Below the pieces are notes generated by a model that worked only from the letters and a program-made list of their open reading frames with translations, was not told where the DNA came from and searched no databases. A stretch of 64,000 bases of DNA, taken from NCBI GenBank assembly GCA_963667725.2, contig CAXXHO010000003.1, forward strand, positions 864,001 to 928,000, in the 5' to 3' direction. Shown here piece after piece: positions 56,458 to 64,000 of this stretch (position 1 is the first letter of the stretch; each line of letters opens with the position of its first letter). A program made the translations under genes and the position numbers. This DNA is from Treponemataceae bacterium (GTDB taxonomy: Bacteria; Spirochaetota; Spirochaetia; Treponematales; Rectinemataceae).

Positions 56458-56508
56458 ACTTACCTTCTATTTACCGTCTAAAAGGTGTAAATTCACCTGG
56501 AGATACAA

Positions 56509-56934
56509 ATGATCAGCACTATATATATTAACCACAACCAGCGCCGGTTGTGTACAAAGCGCGGCGCTTTCCTTCTTTTTATGGCAGTCCTCCTGATGAT
56601 TGCCACATTGTCCGGCTGCTCGAAGGGATATTCCCGCTTCATGAAACTGCCCGCCGACCCGTCGGTTGGGTCCGGATTGGGCTGGGCGGCGGTCACTTCG
56701 GCCTATGCCCATGCCAAAAAACTGCCCGACGCGACTTCCGAGGACATATCAGTCGTCCGAAGGGGAACCGTTTTCCTCTGCGCGGAGCGTAAAATAGATC
56801 CGGCGGGACAGGACATAGGCGGACTCTGGTATAAATTCGGCGAAGGTTCCGCTGCTGGATGGATTCATTCAGGCGATCTGAGTATCTTTTCATCCGAGGC
56901 GCAGGCTCGCGAAGCTGTAGAGCTTCTTCAATAA
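56509..56934 (+). CDS. Putative lipoprotein with SH3b-like domain
   Basis: LSGC lipobox; VRRG.V, WYK, GWIHSGDL. Confidence 0.55.
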   Translation: MISTIYINHNQRRLCTKRGAFLLFMAVLLMIATLSGCSKGYSRFMKLPADPSVGSGLGWAAVTSAYAHAKKLPDATSEDISVVRRGTVFLCAERKIDPAGQDIGGLWYKFGEGSAAGWIHSGDLSIFSSEAQAREAVELLQ

Positions 56935-56955
56935 AATCATGGCCAAGGAAGGCTG

Positions 56956-58554
56956 ATGGAGTTTTTTAAAGTCTGGATCATGCCCCCTCTCGTCGGGGCG
57001 ATTATTGGCTATTTCACCAATTGGCTTGCCATAAAAATGCTTTTCAGGCCATTGAAACCAATTTACATAGGCAAACTCAAGCTTCCCTTCACGCCGGGCA
57101 TCCTTCCGAGGGAGCGCCTGCGCCTAACCGACAGCGTCGGCGAAACGGTTTCCCGCGAACTGCTTACGCCCGAGGTTTTCAGAACGAGGCTCGTCGAGCC
57201 GGCCCTTAAAACCAAGATCGAGCAGTCCGTCTATGTCATCATCGACGATGCGCTGAATCACGATGCTTCCGCCTTGCTTAAAAGCCTGGCGGGCGAGCGT
57301 GAAGGCTCCAAAGCCCCCGAAGTCCCCGAAGTCCCGGGGATTCCCGAATTGAAAAACTTCGGCTCCAGCGAAGCGGGCAGCCTCGTCGCCTCATCCTTCA
57401 ATTCAATCGTCGGATCCGTCGAATTCAGGACGGCGCTCTCGTACGCGGCCGGACGGACCATCACCGAGGCGGGAAAAATCCCCTTGGGCAGCATCCTGCC
57501 CGGCGACCGCGTCCGAGCCCTGGCTGAACGTTTCGCGGGAGAGTGGGGCGAGCGCGACAAGAAGAAAATGATCGAAGCCTTCGTGGACAGACTTCTGGAA
57601 TCCTCGCCCTCATCCGGTCCGCTCGTTTCGCCGAGGACGCTTTCCCCGCTTGCCGAAGCGGCCACGCGCTCGCTCTACGCGAGCTTGCTGCCTATTGTCG
57701 AAAAAATTCTCGACAGCGAAGCCGTGAAAGCTGATCTCAAGAATGTCGGCGTGGATATGATCCGAAGGGTCATCGGCAGGCTGGGGCCAATCCAGCGCCT
57801 GATAGTGACGGCGGCGAACTACGAGAAAACCCTGGCCGACACGATGCCCGAGACGATACGCGACGTGTCCGGATCGATAATCGGCCTGCTGCGGGGCCCC
57901 GACATGGAGAACAAGGTGGTGGAATCCGTCCTGGCCTACATCGGAACGCCGAGGCTTTCCCATTCGTCGGCTCCCCTGGCTGGCATTTTCCCGATTTCCG
58001 AGCTGAAAAGAGCGCTGGAACTATTCTTTCAGGGGCTGGAACTGGAGAAGGCGAGTTTCGCGGAGAACGTGGAGAGACGCTACGCTTCAATAGCCGAAAA
58101 GTCCCTGAGCGAACTGCTGCCTGGACTCTCGGAGGCTCTGGTCGGAAGCGTCGAGAAGGGGCTTACGTCGACGAGGCCCGCCGATGGTACGCGGTCGCGG
58201 ATAGGATCGGATCTGCTTTCCCGATCCCTGAGCGATTTTCTGCTTTCCTACGCGGAAAAAATCGAGGGAAAGACCCTCGGGGCTGTCCTTTCGCTGGGCG
58301 AGGCGGAAAGGCGCAGGATCGCGCGCGTCGTTTCAGATGCCGTCACGCAGGCGCTGGCCTCGCAGTCCGAAAGGCTTGTGGAGGCGCTGGATATCCAGAC
58401 GATGGTCGTCGACAAGCTCAACGACCTGGATATGTCCGACATCGAACGCATCATCCTCAAGGTGGTCAACGACGAACTCACGTGGATAACCGTATTGGGA
58501 GGAATTCTGGGCGCCTTCATCGGCGTGATCCAGAGTCTGCTCACTTTGCTCTAG
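56956..58554 (+). CDS. DUF445-family membrane protein
   Basis: GAIIGYFTNWLAIKMLFRP at N-terminus; EL.WI..LGGILG..IG..Q at C-terminus. Confidence 0.85.
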   Translation: MEFFKVWIMPPLVGAIIGYFTNWLAIKMLFRPLKPIYIGKLKLPFTPGILPRERLRLTDSVGETVSRELLTPEVFRTRLVEPALKTKIEQSVYVIIDDALNHDASALLKSLAGEREGSKAPEVPEVPGIPELKNFGSSEAGSLVASSFNSIVGSVEFRTALSYAAGRTITEAGKIPLGSILPGDRVRALAERFAGEWGERDKKKMIEAFVDRLLESSPSSGPLVSPRTLSPLAEAATRSLYASLLPIVEKILDSEAVKADLKNVGVDMIRRVIGRLGPIQRLIVTAANYEKTLADTMPETIRDVSGSIIGLLRGPDMENKVVESVLAYIGTPRLSHSSAPLAGIFPISELKRALELFFQGLELEKASFAENVERRYASIAEKSLSELLPGLSEALVGSVEKGLTSTRPADGTRSRIGSDLLSRSLSDFLLSYAEKIEGKTLGAVLSLGEAERRRIARVVSDAVTQALASQSERLVEALDIQTMVVDKLNDLDMSDIERIILKVVNDELTWITVLGGILGAFIGVIQSLLTLL

Positions 58555-59899
58555 AAAGGAAATTCTTTACTTCGGCGCAGAGATAGAAAGATCCGGTGAC
58601 GAGGAGAGCGGCCTGGCGGACTTCCGCCTCCGATACGGCCTTGGCAATAGCCGCCCCTGTGTCCTCCTCGAGCGCCGCGTCGGGTCTCAAAGCCTTGAAA
58701 CTGCCGAACACCGACTCAGGATCGCTCACCTTGAACGTACCCGGTTTCGTCACGACGATCGCGTCGAAATGCGGGGCGAGAAGGGCTGCCATCTCAGCGT
58801 GCCGCTTGTCATAGGCGCAGGCGAAGAGGAGAACCTTAGGGCCCGGAAAGAGCGAGGCCATGCTCTCCACTGTCAGGTGTATGGATTCGGGAGTGTGGGC
58901 TCCGTCCAGCACAATGGCCGGCCCCAGTCGGGCAAGTTCGAAGCGCGCGGGAAGTTTTGAGCGGGACAGTCCGCCGACGATGGCCTCCGCGCCGATTCCC
59001 GGCAGGGCGGTGGCCGCCGCCAGTGTCGCCAGGGCCATATTCTGGGCCTGTATGGCCCCTATCATGGGGCAGTGGACGCGCAGGCCTCCATCGCCAAGGA
59101 TGGTCGCCATGCCCGATTTAGAGCCCTCCATGGCCTCCAGCACGCAGCTCGTCCCTTCAGGGTCGATCCGTATATCCCTCGCGTCGATGTCGGCGCCGAG
59201 ACGCAGAAGCTCGCAGCCCCTTTCCGCCGCCGCGGCTTCGAAGACGCGGAGCGCCTCATCCTTCTGGCGCGCGATGCATGCCGGTCTGCCGGGCTTGATG
59301 ATTCCCGCCTTCTCGAAGGCGATTTTTCCTATCGTATCGCCCAGAAACTGCATGTGTTCGAGCTCTATCGGCGTGATCACCGAAACCTCGGGATCGACGA
59401 TGTTCGTGGAATCCAGCCTTCCCCCCAAACCCGTCTCGATGACTTGAACGTCGCAGCTCAAGGCCCTGAAGGCGCAGAAAGCCACAAGGGTGGTGAGTTC
59501 GAAATAGGTCGGCATTTCGTCGCCGGGATAATAGCTTGGGCTTTTGTCCTCGATAAAGGGCAGGACTTCTTCCATGGCCGAGATCAGGGCTTCTTCGGGC
59601 ATTTCCCTGTCGGGATAGGCTATGCGCTCCTTCCATCTGAGAATGTGCGGCGAGGTATAGAGGCCGACTTTCATGCCCGCCGACTGGAGGATGTTGGCGC
59701 ACATGGTGGACACGGAGCCTTTGCCCTTCGATCCGGCCACGTGGATCGTGAGCCTTCCCGAATGGGGATTGCCCAGCTTGTCGGCGAGGAAGAGCATCCT
59801 GTCCAGCTTGAACTCCGTCTTCTGTCCTTTTTCGACATTGACATAGCCCATCAAATATTCGAATACATCGTCCGACGTGGAGAAGCGCGATCTCGGCAT
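58541..59899 (-). CDS. folC: Folylpolyglutamate/dihydrofolate synthase
   Basis: IHVAGSKGKGS, YTSPH, TYFE, ETGLGGRLDSTN, EKAGIIK, LDGAHT, TGSFYL. Confidence 0.93.
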   Translation of the reverse strand: MPRSRFSTSDDVFEYLMGYVNVEKGQKTEFKLDRMLFLADKLGNPHSGRLTIHVAGSKGKGSVSTMCANILQSAGMKVGLYTSPHILRWKERIAYPDREMPEEALISAMEEVLPFIEDKSPSYYPGDEMPTYFELTTLVAFCAFRALSCDVQVIETGLGGRLDSTNIVDPEVSVITPIELEHMQFLGDTIGKIAFEKAGIIKPGRPACIARQKDEALRVFEAAAAERGCELLRLGADIDARDIRIDPEGTSCVLEAMEGSKSGMATILGDGGLRVHCPMIGAIQAQNMALATLAAATALPGIGAEAIVGGLSRSKLPARFELARLGPAIVLDGAHTPESIHLTVESMASLFPGPKVLLFACAYDKRHAEMAALLAPHFDAIVVTKPGTFKVSDPESVFGSFKALRPDAALEEDTGAAIAKAVSEAEVRQAALLVTGSFYLCAEVKNFLSRAK

Positions 59900-60044
59900 A
59901 GGGCAAGCATGATGCTACAGGGAGGGCATCGTCAATCCCCGCCGTGAATTTGGCGTTTGGCGGCTTTGGCGGGAATCTGTTTCGGTCTATCAAGTAGCTT
60001 GAGCGGACTGCCGATATTTGGCTCATGGAAGTGGTCACGTGAGA

Positions 60045-61055
60045 ATGGTTCATCTTTTGGACAACATATACCGGGAGAGAAACCCCGCGAGAAAAAGAAC
60101 CCGCCCCTCGGTTTCGCGCGGCCACCCCAAGACCGAGGCTTCGCCTGGCGCTATGGCCGCTGTTTCGGCCAATGCCAGGGAAACGGAAAAGCCGGCATCA
60201 GCTCATGGATGTTTTGCCAAGAAGGCGCTCATCGTCGTCGAATCGGAAGGGGCGGTGTTCGATTCCCTCGCCCGGAACCATGAAAAGGCCTATCTCCCCG
60301 CCTTCGCAGGCTGTTTTTCCTGGGGCTTCGACGCCTCGGCATGCTCGGAACTCTGGCGCCGCCTCGCCCTGTCTTCCAAGCTTCGCGGACAGGAACCGCT
60401 TCTCATCCTTCTTTCCGCCCTGCGGCTTCTCAACAGGAGCTCCCCGTCCATACGGAGGGCCGCCGTCATCAGGGTGCTGGACAGCTACCTCGCGGCCCCG
60501 GCGAGGGATCCTTTGGGCTTCGCCTCCTCGCCCAAGGGCAGTCCCGAGCGCCTCATCCTGGACTGGATTTCCATGTCCGACTCCCTTCTCGACGAAGAGG
60601 ATTACGCTCCCGAATTCCCCACGGCTTCCAGCTTCCTGAAAACCCTGAAGTCCCTCGCGCCCGGAGCGCAGATTCTGGTCTACAGCAGTCTGCCCGAAGC
60701 CGTAGCCCTGAATCAGTGGGAGATGGCCGGCCTGGGGGACTGCTTTTTGAGGATTGCAGGCTCCGAGCGCGGGGATTTCGCTGGCTATCTGAGAACCGCC
60801 CTGAAGAATGGCTATGACACCGACCCCATCCTTGTCGTGGGAACTACCAGCATCGCGTGGCAGGCCGCGCAGGCTGTGGGCGCGCGGTTCTATCCCGTCA
60901 TGCCCGAAAAGGAAGAGGAGAGCTGGACCTATCTGGAAAACGAGTTTTTCCCCGCCTTCATGCGCGGCGAGGCTTCTCTCGTCGAGAGGGATTCGCGCGA
61001 TTTCATGCGCATGATGCTGGAGGATATTGACCTGCCGTCGATGGCGAAAGTTTGA
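60045..61055 (+). CDS. HAD-fold protein with degenerate catalytic motifs
   Basis: LIVVESEGAVFD (DxD replaced by ExE); ILVVGT...AAQAVGARFYPV.P..EEESW; start uncertain. Confidence 0.55.
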   Translation: MVHLLDNIYRERNPARKRTRPSVSRGHPKTEASPGAMAAVSANARETEKPASAHGCFAKKALIVVESEGAVFDSLARNHEKAYLPAFAGCFSWGFDASACSELWRRLALSSKLRGQEPLLILLSALRLLNRSSPSIRRAAVIRVLDSYLAAPARDPLGFASSPKGSPERLILDWISMSDSLLDEEDYAPEFPTASSFLKTLKSLAPGAQILVYSSLPEAVALNQWEMAGLGDCFLRIAGSERGDFAGYLRTALKNGYDTDPILVVGTTSIAWQAAQAVGARFYPVMPEKEEESWTYLENEFFPAFMRGEASLVERDSRDFMRMMLEDIDLPSMAKV

Positions 61056-61069
61056 TTAGGATACATTAT

Positions 61070-61716
61070 ATGACTCTATTAAGTGACTTACTCGAATTTG
61101 AATTTAAAGAAGAATGCTGTAATGAAATGCTGGTTTCGTTAAGAAGCTTAAAAGGTGTCGCTATCGATGAAACTAAAGGTCAGATTTCAAGTAAATCAGA
61201 ATACTTCTGTTATGTACGTGAATCAGTATATTCAATTCTAGATAGAGCATCATCGATGTTGCCAGATGGCTATCAATTTTTGATAAAGGAAGGCTATAGG
61301 CCCGCTTCGATACAACAAGATCTGAGTTTGTCGCTCCATTGAATGTAGCAGGTCCTCCTACGGGTGGGGCGATTGATGTAACATTAACGGTAAACGGAAA
61401 AGAAGCATTTATGGGCACAAGGTTCAATGATGAGCCCAGTGAAACTGATAATAAAACATATTTAGATTCTTCAAATATCAGCAAAGCGGAAAAAGAATAT
61501 AGAAAAATTCTATCAGAAACCTTATCTGCCGCAGGCTTTATAAACTATCCACCAGAATGGTGGCATTGGTCGTTTGGTGACAAATATTGGGCATATATCA
61601 AGGATGATTTTGAAAAATATAGCATAATTCATGATAACGAGATAAAAAATCTAACTTCGAAGGATCCTGCTTCATTCTATCAGGAGGAAACACGATGCAG
61701 AAAAAAGCCTTGGTAA
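61070..61716 (+). pseudogene. Disrupted D-alanyl-D-alanine dipeptidase (M15, VanX/DdpX-like)
   Basis: KEGYRP...Q in one frame, then EFVAP..VAG(P)PTGGAIDVTL, MGT, NYPPEWWHWSFGD in another; frame break near 61320; low GC. Confidence 0.8.
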
Positions 61717-62186
61717 TAATCGATATTCAAAATGACATAACGAAGAATTACAAGGATGTCATTGGCAATATCAATAAAGCTATTGATTGGGCAATCAATA
61801 ATAATATTCATCTAGTTTATATACGGCATGAAAATTTATCAGCCGGAACAAGGACATTTAAGCCCAATACACATGGGTCGGAATTAGCTTCAGACTTGAA
61901 AATTGCGTCAAATAATGTTTTTACGAAATACAAAGGAAACGCCTTAAGCTGTGAAGAGTTCGCGGACTTTATCGGCAAAAATGAAATAGGTGATTTCTAC
62001 ATAGCAGGAGCGGATGCCGTGGCATGTGTTAAATCAACCTGCTACAACTTATGCAAAGCAAATTATCGCGTTAATGTCCTGTCAGATTGCGTTACCAGTT
62101 ATGACAAAAGGAAAATTGACGAAATGCTGCGTTATTATGAATGCAAAGGCAGTAAAATTATTTGTTTGAATGACCTGCTAATTTGA
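61695..62186 (+). CDS. Cysteine hydrolase (isochorismatase family)
   Basis: LVIIDIQND, FTK, AG.DAVACV.ST; CAGGAGG RBS; low GC. Confidence 0.85.
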   Translation: MQKKALVIIDIQNDITKNYKDVIGNINKAIDWAINNNIHLVYIRHENLSAGTRTFKPNTHGSELASDLKIASNNVFTKYKGNALSCEEFADFIGKNEIGDFYIAGADAVACVKSTCYNLCKANYRVNVLSDCVTSYDKRKIDEMLRYYECKGSKIICLNDLLI

Positions 62187-62210
62187 GCTGTTTCCAGGGT
62201 AAGCCAATGT

Positions 62211-64000
62211 TCAGACTGTGGCCAGGGACAAAAAGAGCGGCCAGCGTACCGTTCCGATCTTTTTTCCGAGCAGTTCTTTGAGGCCGACTAACGCTTCGGC
62301 GCCGAGATTCGCGCGCAGCGCTGCGCCATAGTCGCTTTCCGCGGACAGCCAGGTCTCGATTTCCGCCGCCGTCAGATAGCGGTCGTAGGTCAGGCGCTCA
62401 ACGCGCATGGCCGGTTTATTCGATATTCCCGCTTTTTTCAGATGGCTTGAGAAAATCTTCCCCGCCTTTTCCTCATCCTGGCGGATCGCGTCCGCGGCAA
62501 GGCTCGGTCCGCCTCCGCGTTTTTTTTCGAAGGCTTCCAGCGCGTCGATGAGTTCCTTGGTTTTCGGGTCGGGGTCCTCGAAATTCAACTTCAGCATTTC
62601 GGAAAGATAGCTGGACCTGCCGCCCAGAATGTCGAAAAAGGCTATGCCGGCGGGGGCGGCTGCGGCGAGGGCGGTCGTGGAAGCGGCGAGGGCTGATTCG
62701 ACGTATGCCCAATAATCGAAGGAAGGATCGTGGCGGCCGAGAGGCTCGCAGATAAGTATTCTGTCGAAGGCCGCGAATCCGAAGCCTTTCTCCAGCCAGC
62801 TGGGGGCGGAAGGAGCGAGCGCGGCGGGCGTGACGGCTATCGGGCGCAGGAGTTCGGGGATGTCCGAGGTGAGCCGCTCGAGCTGGGTCCGGGCTTCCTC
62901 GTTCTCCACAAGGACGGCTACCGTTCCCTCAGGGGCGCGCCTGGCGGCCTCGAGGGCGTAGAAACCCTTCCTTGGATCCAGGACGAGGATAGTATCGGAT
63001 CTGCCGCAGGCTATGGCGTCGAAGATGAAGGCGCGGGCGAGGCGGAGCCTGAGCGAAGCTGTTCCCTCGGCTCTGGATACCCATTTCTTCCGCCGCTCGC
63101 CTTCCTTGGACCAGACTGAAAGTCCCGGCTTGGCCTGAGCGCGGCTTTCCTCCACATCTTCCTCGATGAGGGAGAGCTGGGCCTCCCTCCGCTCGAGAAC
63201 ATCGGCCTTCCGCGTACCTTCGAAACCGGTGGAGCCGGGGAAATAGAAGACGCTGCGTTTCAGCGATTCGGGCAGATACTGCTGGGCGACCCAATGGTCC
63301 TTGTAGGCGTGGGGATATTTGTAGCCTTCGCCATGGCCGAATCCGACGGAATCCCTGTTGGCGTCCTTGAGATGGTCGGGCACTTCGGCGCCTTCCTCCT
63401 CGACGGCCTTCAGCGCGTCGAAGTAGCCCATCGTCGAATTGGATTTCGGGCAGGTGGCAAGGTAGAGGGCGGCGAGGCTCAGGTGATACTGACCTTCGGG
63501 CATGCCTATGCGGTCGAAGGCCTGGGCACAGGAAGATACGACCTGAAGGGCGTTGGGGTCGGCGAGGCCTATGTCCTCGGCCGCTGATATGAACATCCTG
63601 CGGAAAATGAAGGAAGGATCTTCGCCGGCATAGACCATGCGCGCGAGCCAGTAGAGGGCAGCGTCGGGGTCGGAACCCCTGAGGCTCTTTATGAAGGCGC
63701 TGATCGCGTCGTAGTGGTAATCGCCGTCCTTGTCATAGAGGACGACGCGTTTCTGGATGCTTTCTTCAGAGGTTTCGAGACTCACCCTTATGCTCGTGCC
63801 CGCCTCTGGCGGCCAGCGGTCCACCGAGGTTTCTATGGCGAGTTCGAGGGCGTTGAGAAGGCTGCGCGCGTCGCCGTCAGCCGTGTGGATGAGGTGCTCG
63901 AGGGCTCCTTCCTCGAACTCGACGTCATATTCCCCGTAGCCGCGCTCCCTGTCGCCCAGGGTCATCTGCGCTATGCGCGCCAGGTCTTCGTCGGTGAGCG
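62211..64000 (-). CDS. rarA: Replication-associated recombination protein A (RarA/MgsA) with long C-terminal extension; 5' end outside window
   Basis: GDAR.LLN.LE, YDK.GD.HYD.ISAFIKSLRGSDPDAALYWLARM, EDIGLADP, PKSNS, YPH; frame open to window edge. Confidence 0.92.
   Translation of the reverse strand, partial: LTDEDLARIAQMTLGDRERGYGEYDVEFEEGALEHLIHTADGDARSLLNALELAIETSVDRWPPEAGTSIRVSLETSEESIQKRVVLYDKDGDYHYDAISAFIKSLRGSDPDAALYWLARMVYAGEDPSFIFRRMFISAAEDIGLADPNALQVVSSCAQAFDRIGMPEGQYHLSLAALYLATCPKSNSTMGYFDALKAVEEEGAEVPDHLKDANRDSVGFGHGEGYKYPHAYKDHWVAQQYLPESLKRSVFYFPGSTGFEGTRKADVLERREAQLSLIEEDVEESRAQAKPGLSVWSKEGERRKKWVSRAEGTASLRLRLARAFIFDAIACGRSDTILVLDPRKGFYALEAARRAPEGTVAVLVENEEARTQLERLTSDIPELLRPIAVTPAALAPSAPSWLEKGFGFAAFDRILICEPLGRHDPSFDYWAYVESALAASTTALAAAAPAGIAFFDILGGRSSYLSEMLKLNFEDPDPKTKELIDALEAFEKKRGGGPSLAADAIRQDEEKAGKIFSSHLKKAGISNKPAMRVERLTYDRYLTAAEIETWLSAESDYGAALRANLGAEALVGLKELLGKKIGTVRWPLFLSLATV

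Noticed and set aside
61070..61716. Vancomycin-resistance (van) cluster
   Set aside because: Only a broken M15 dipeptidase; no vanH/vanA/vanRS, and the ddl keeps the YxxKY loop of D-Ala-D-Ala ligases
10498..62527. A8/T8 homopolymers (near 10498, 33400, 62520) as phase-variation or frameshift sites
   Set aside because: Short Lys-codon runs inside intact ORFs, with no useful alternative frame
1..64000. tRNA, rRNA, CRISPR array, IS/transposase, prophage, riboswitch
   Set aside because: Intergenic gaps are short and explained by promoters or terminators; no cloverleaf, repeat-spacer array or mobile-element ORF seen by eye (an Rfam or tRNAscan run would be the definitive test)

Overview
GC-rich, gene-dense chromosomal segment, most likely from a free-living anaerobic spirochaete (Spirochaetota). 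This is inferred from a pallilysin-related protein, a spirochaete-type RNase Z and a MurE carrying EDPR in place of DNPR. About 54 CDS are present, mostly housekeeping or metabolic: mobA, two DEAD-box helicases, ftcd, potABCD, folD/folE2/folC/queD, miaB, rocD, ddl/murE/murD, a DD-carboxypeptidase, rnz, asnS, a Liv-type ABC transporter, a multi-Fe-S flavoprotein amino-acid dehydrogenase pair, an Rrf2-cysteine desulfurase-NifU operon, a MutY-like glycosylase and rarA. Two visibly lower-GC accessory stretches stand out: 8.6-12.8 kb (dCache kinase, NarL-type regulator, secreted M20 hydrolase, followed by a DAACS symporter) and 61.05-62.2 kb (broken D-Ala-D-Ala dipeptidase plus cysteine hydrolase). 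No rRNA, tRNA, CRISPR array, transposase or integrase was recognised. Best candidates for undescribed systems: (1) a large TIGR03960-like radical SAM gene translationally coupled to a DEGD-box helicase and divergent from RNase Z; (2) a caspase-like lipoprotein coupled to a putative beta-barrel; (3) a CoA-disulfide reductase whose rhodanese domain has lost its Cys, paired with a free rhodanese; (4) the amino-acid-sensing peptidase/symporter islet; (5) murE-ddl-rocD with tandem ARG boxes. All calls are by eye from motifs; no searches were run, and several start codons were refined manually.
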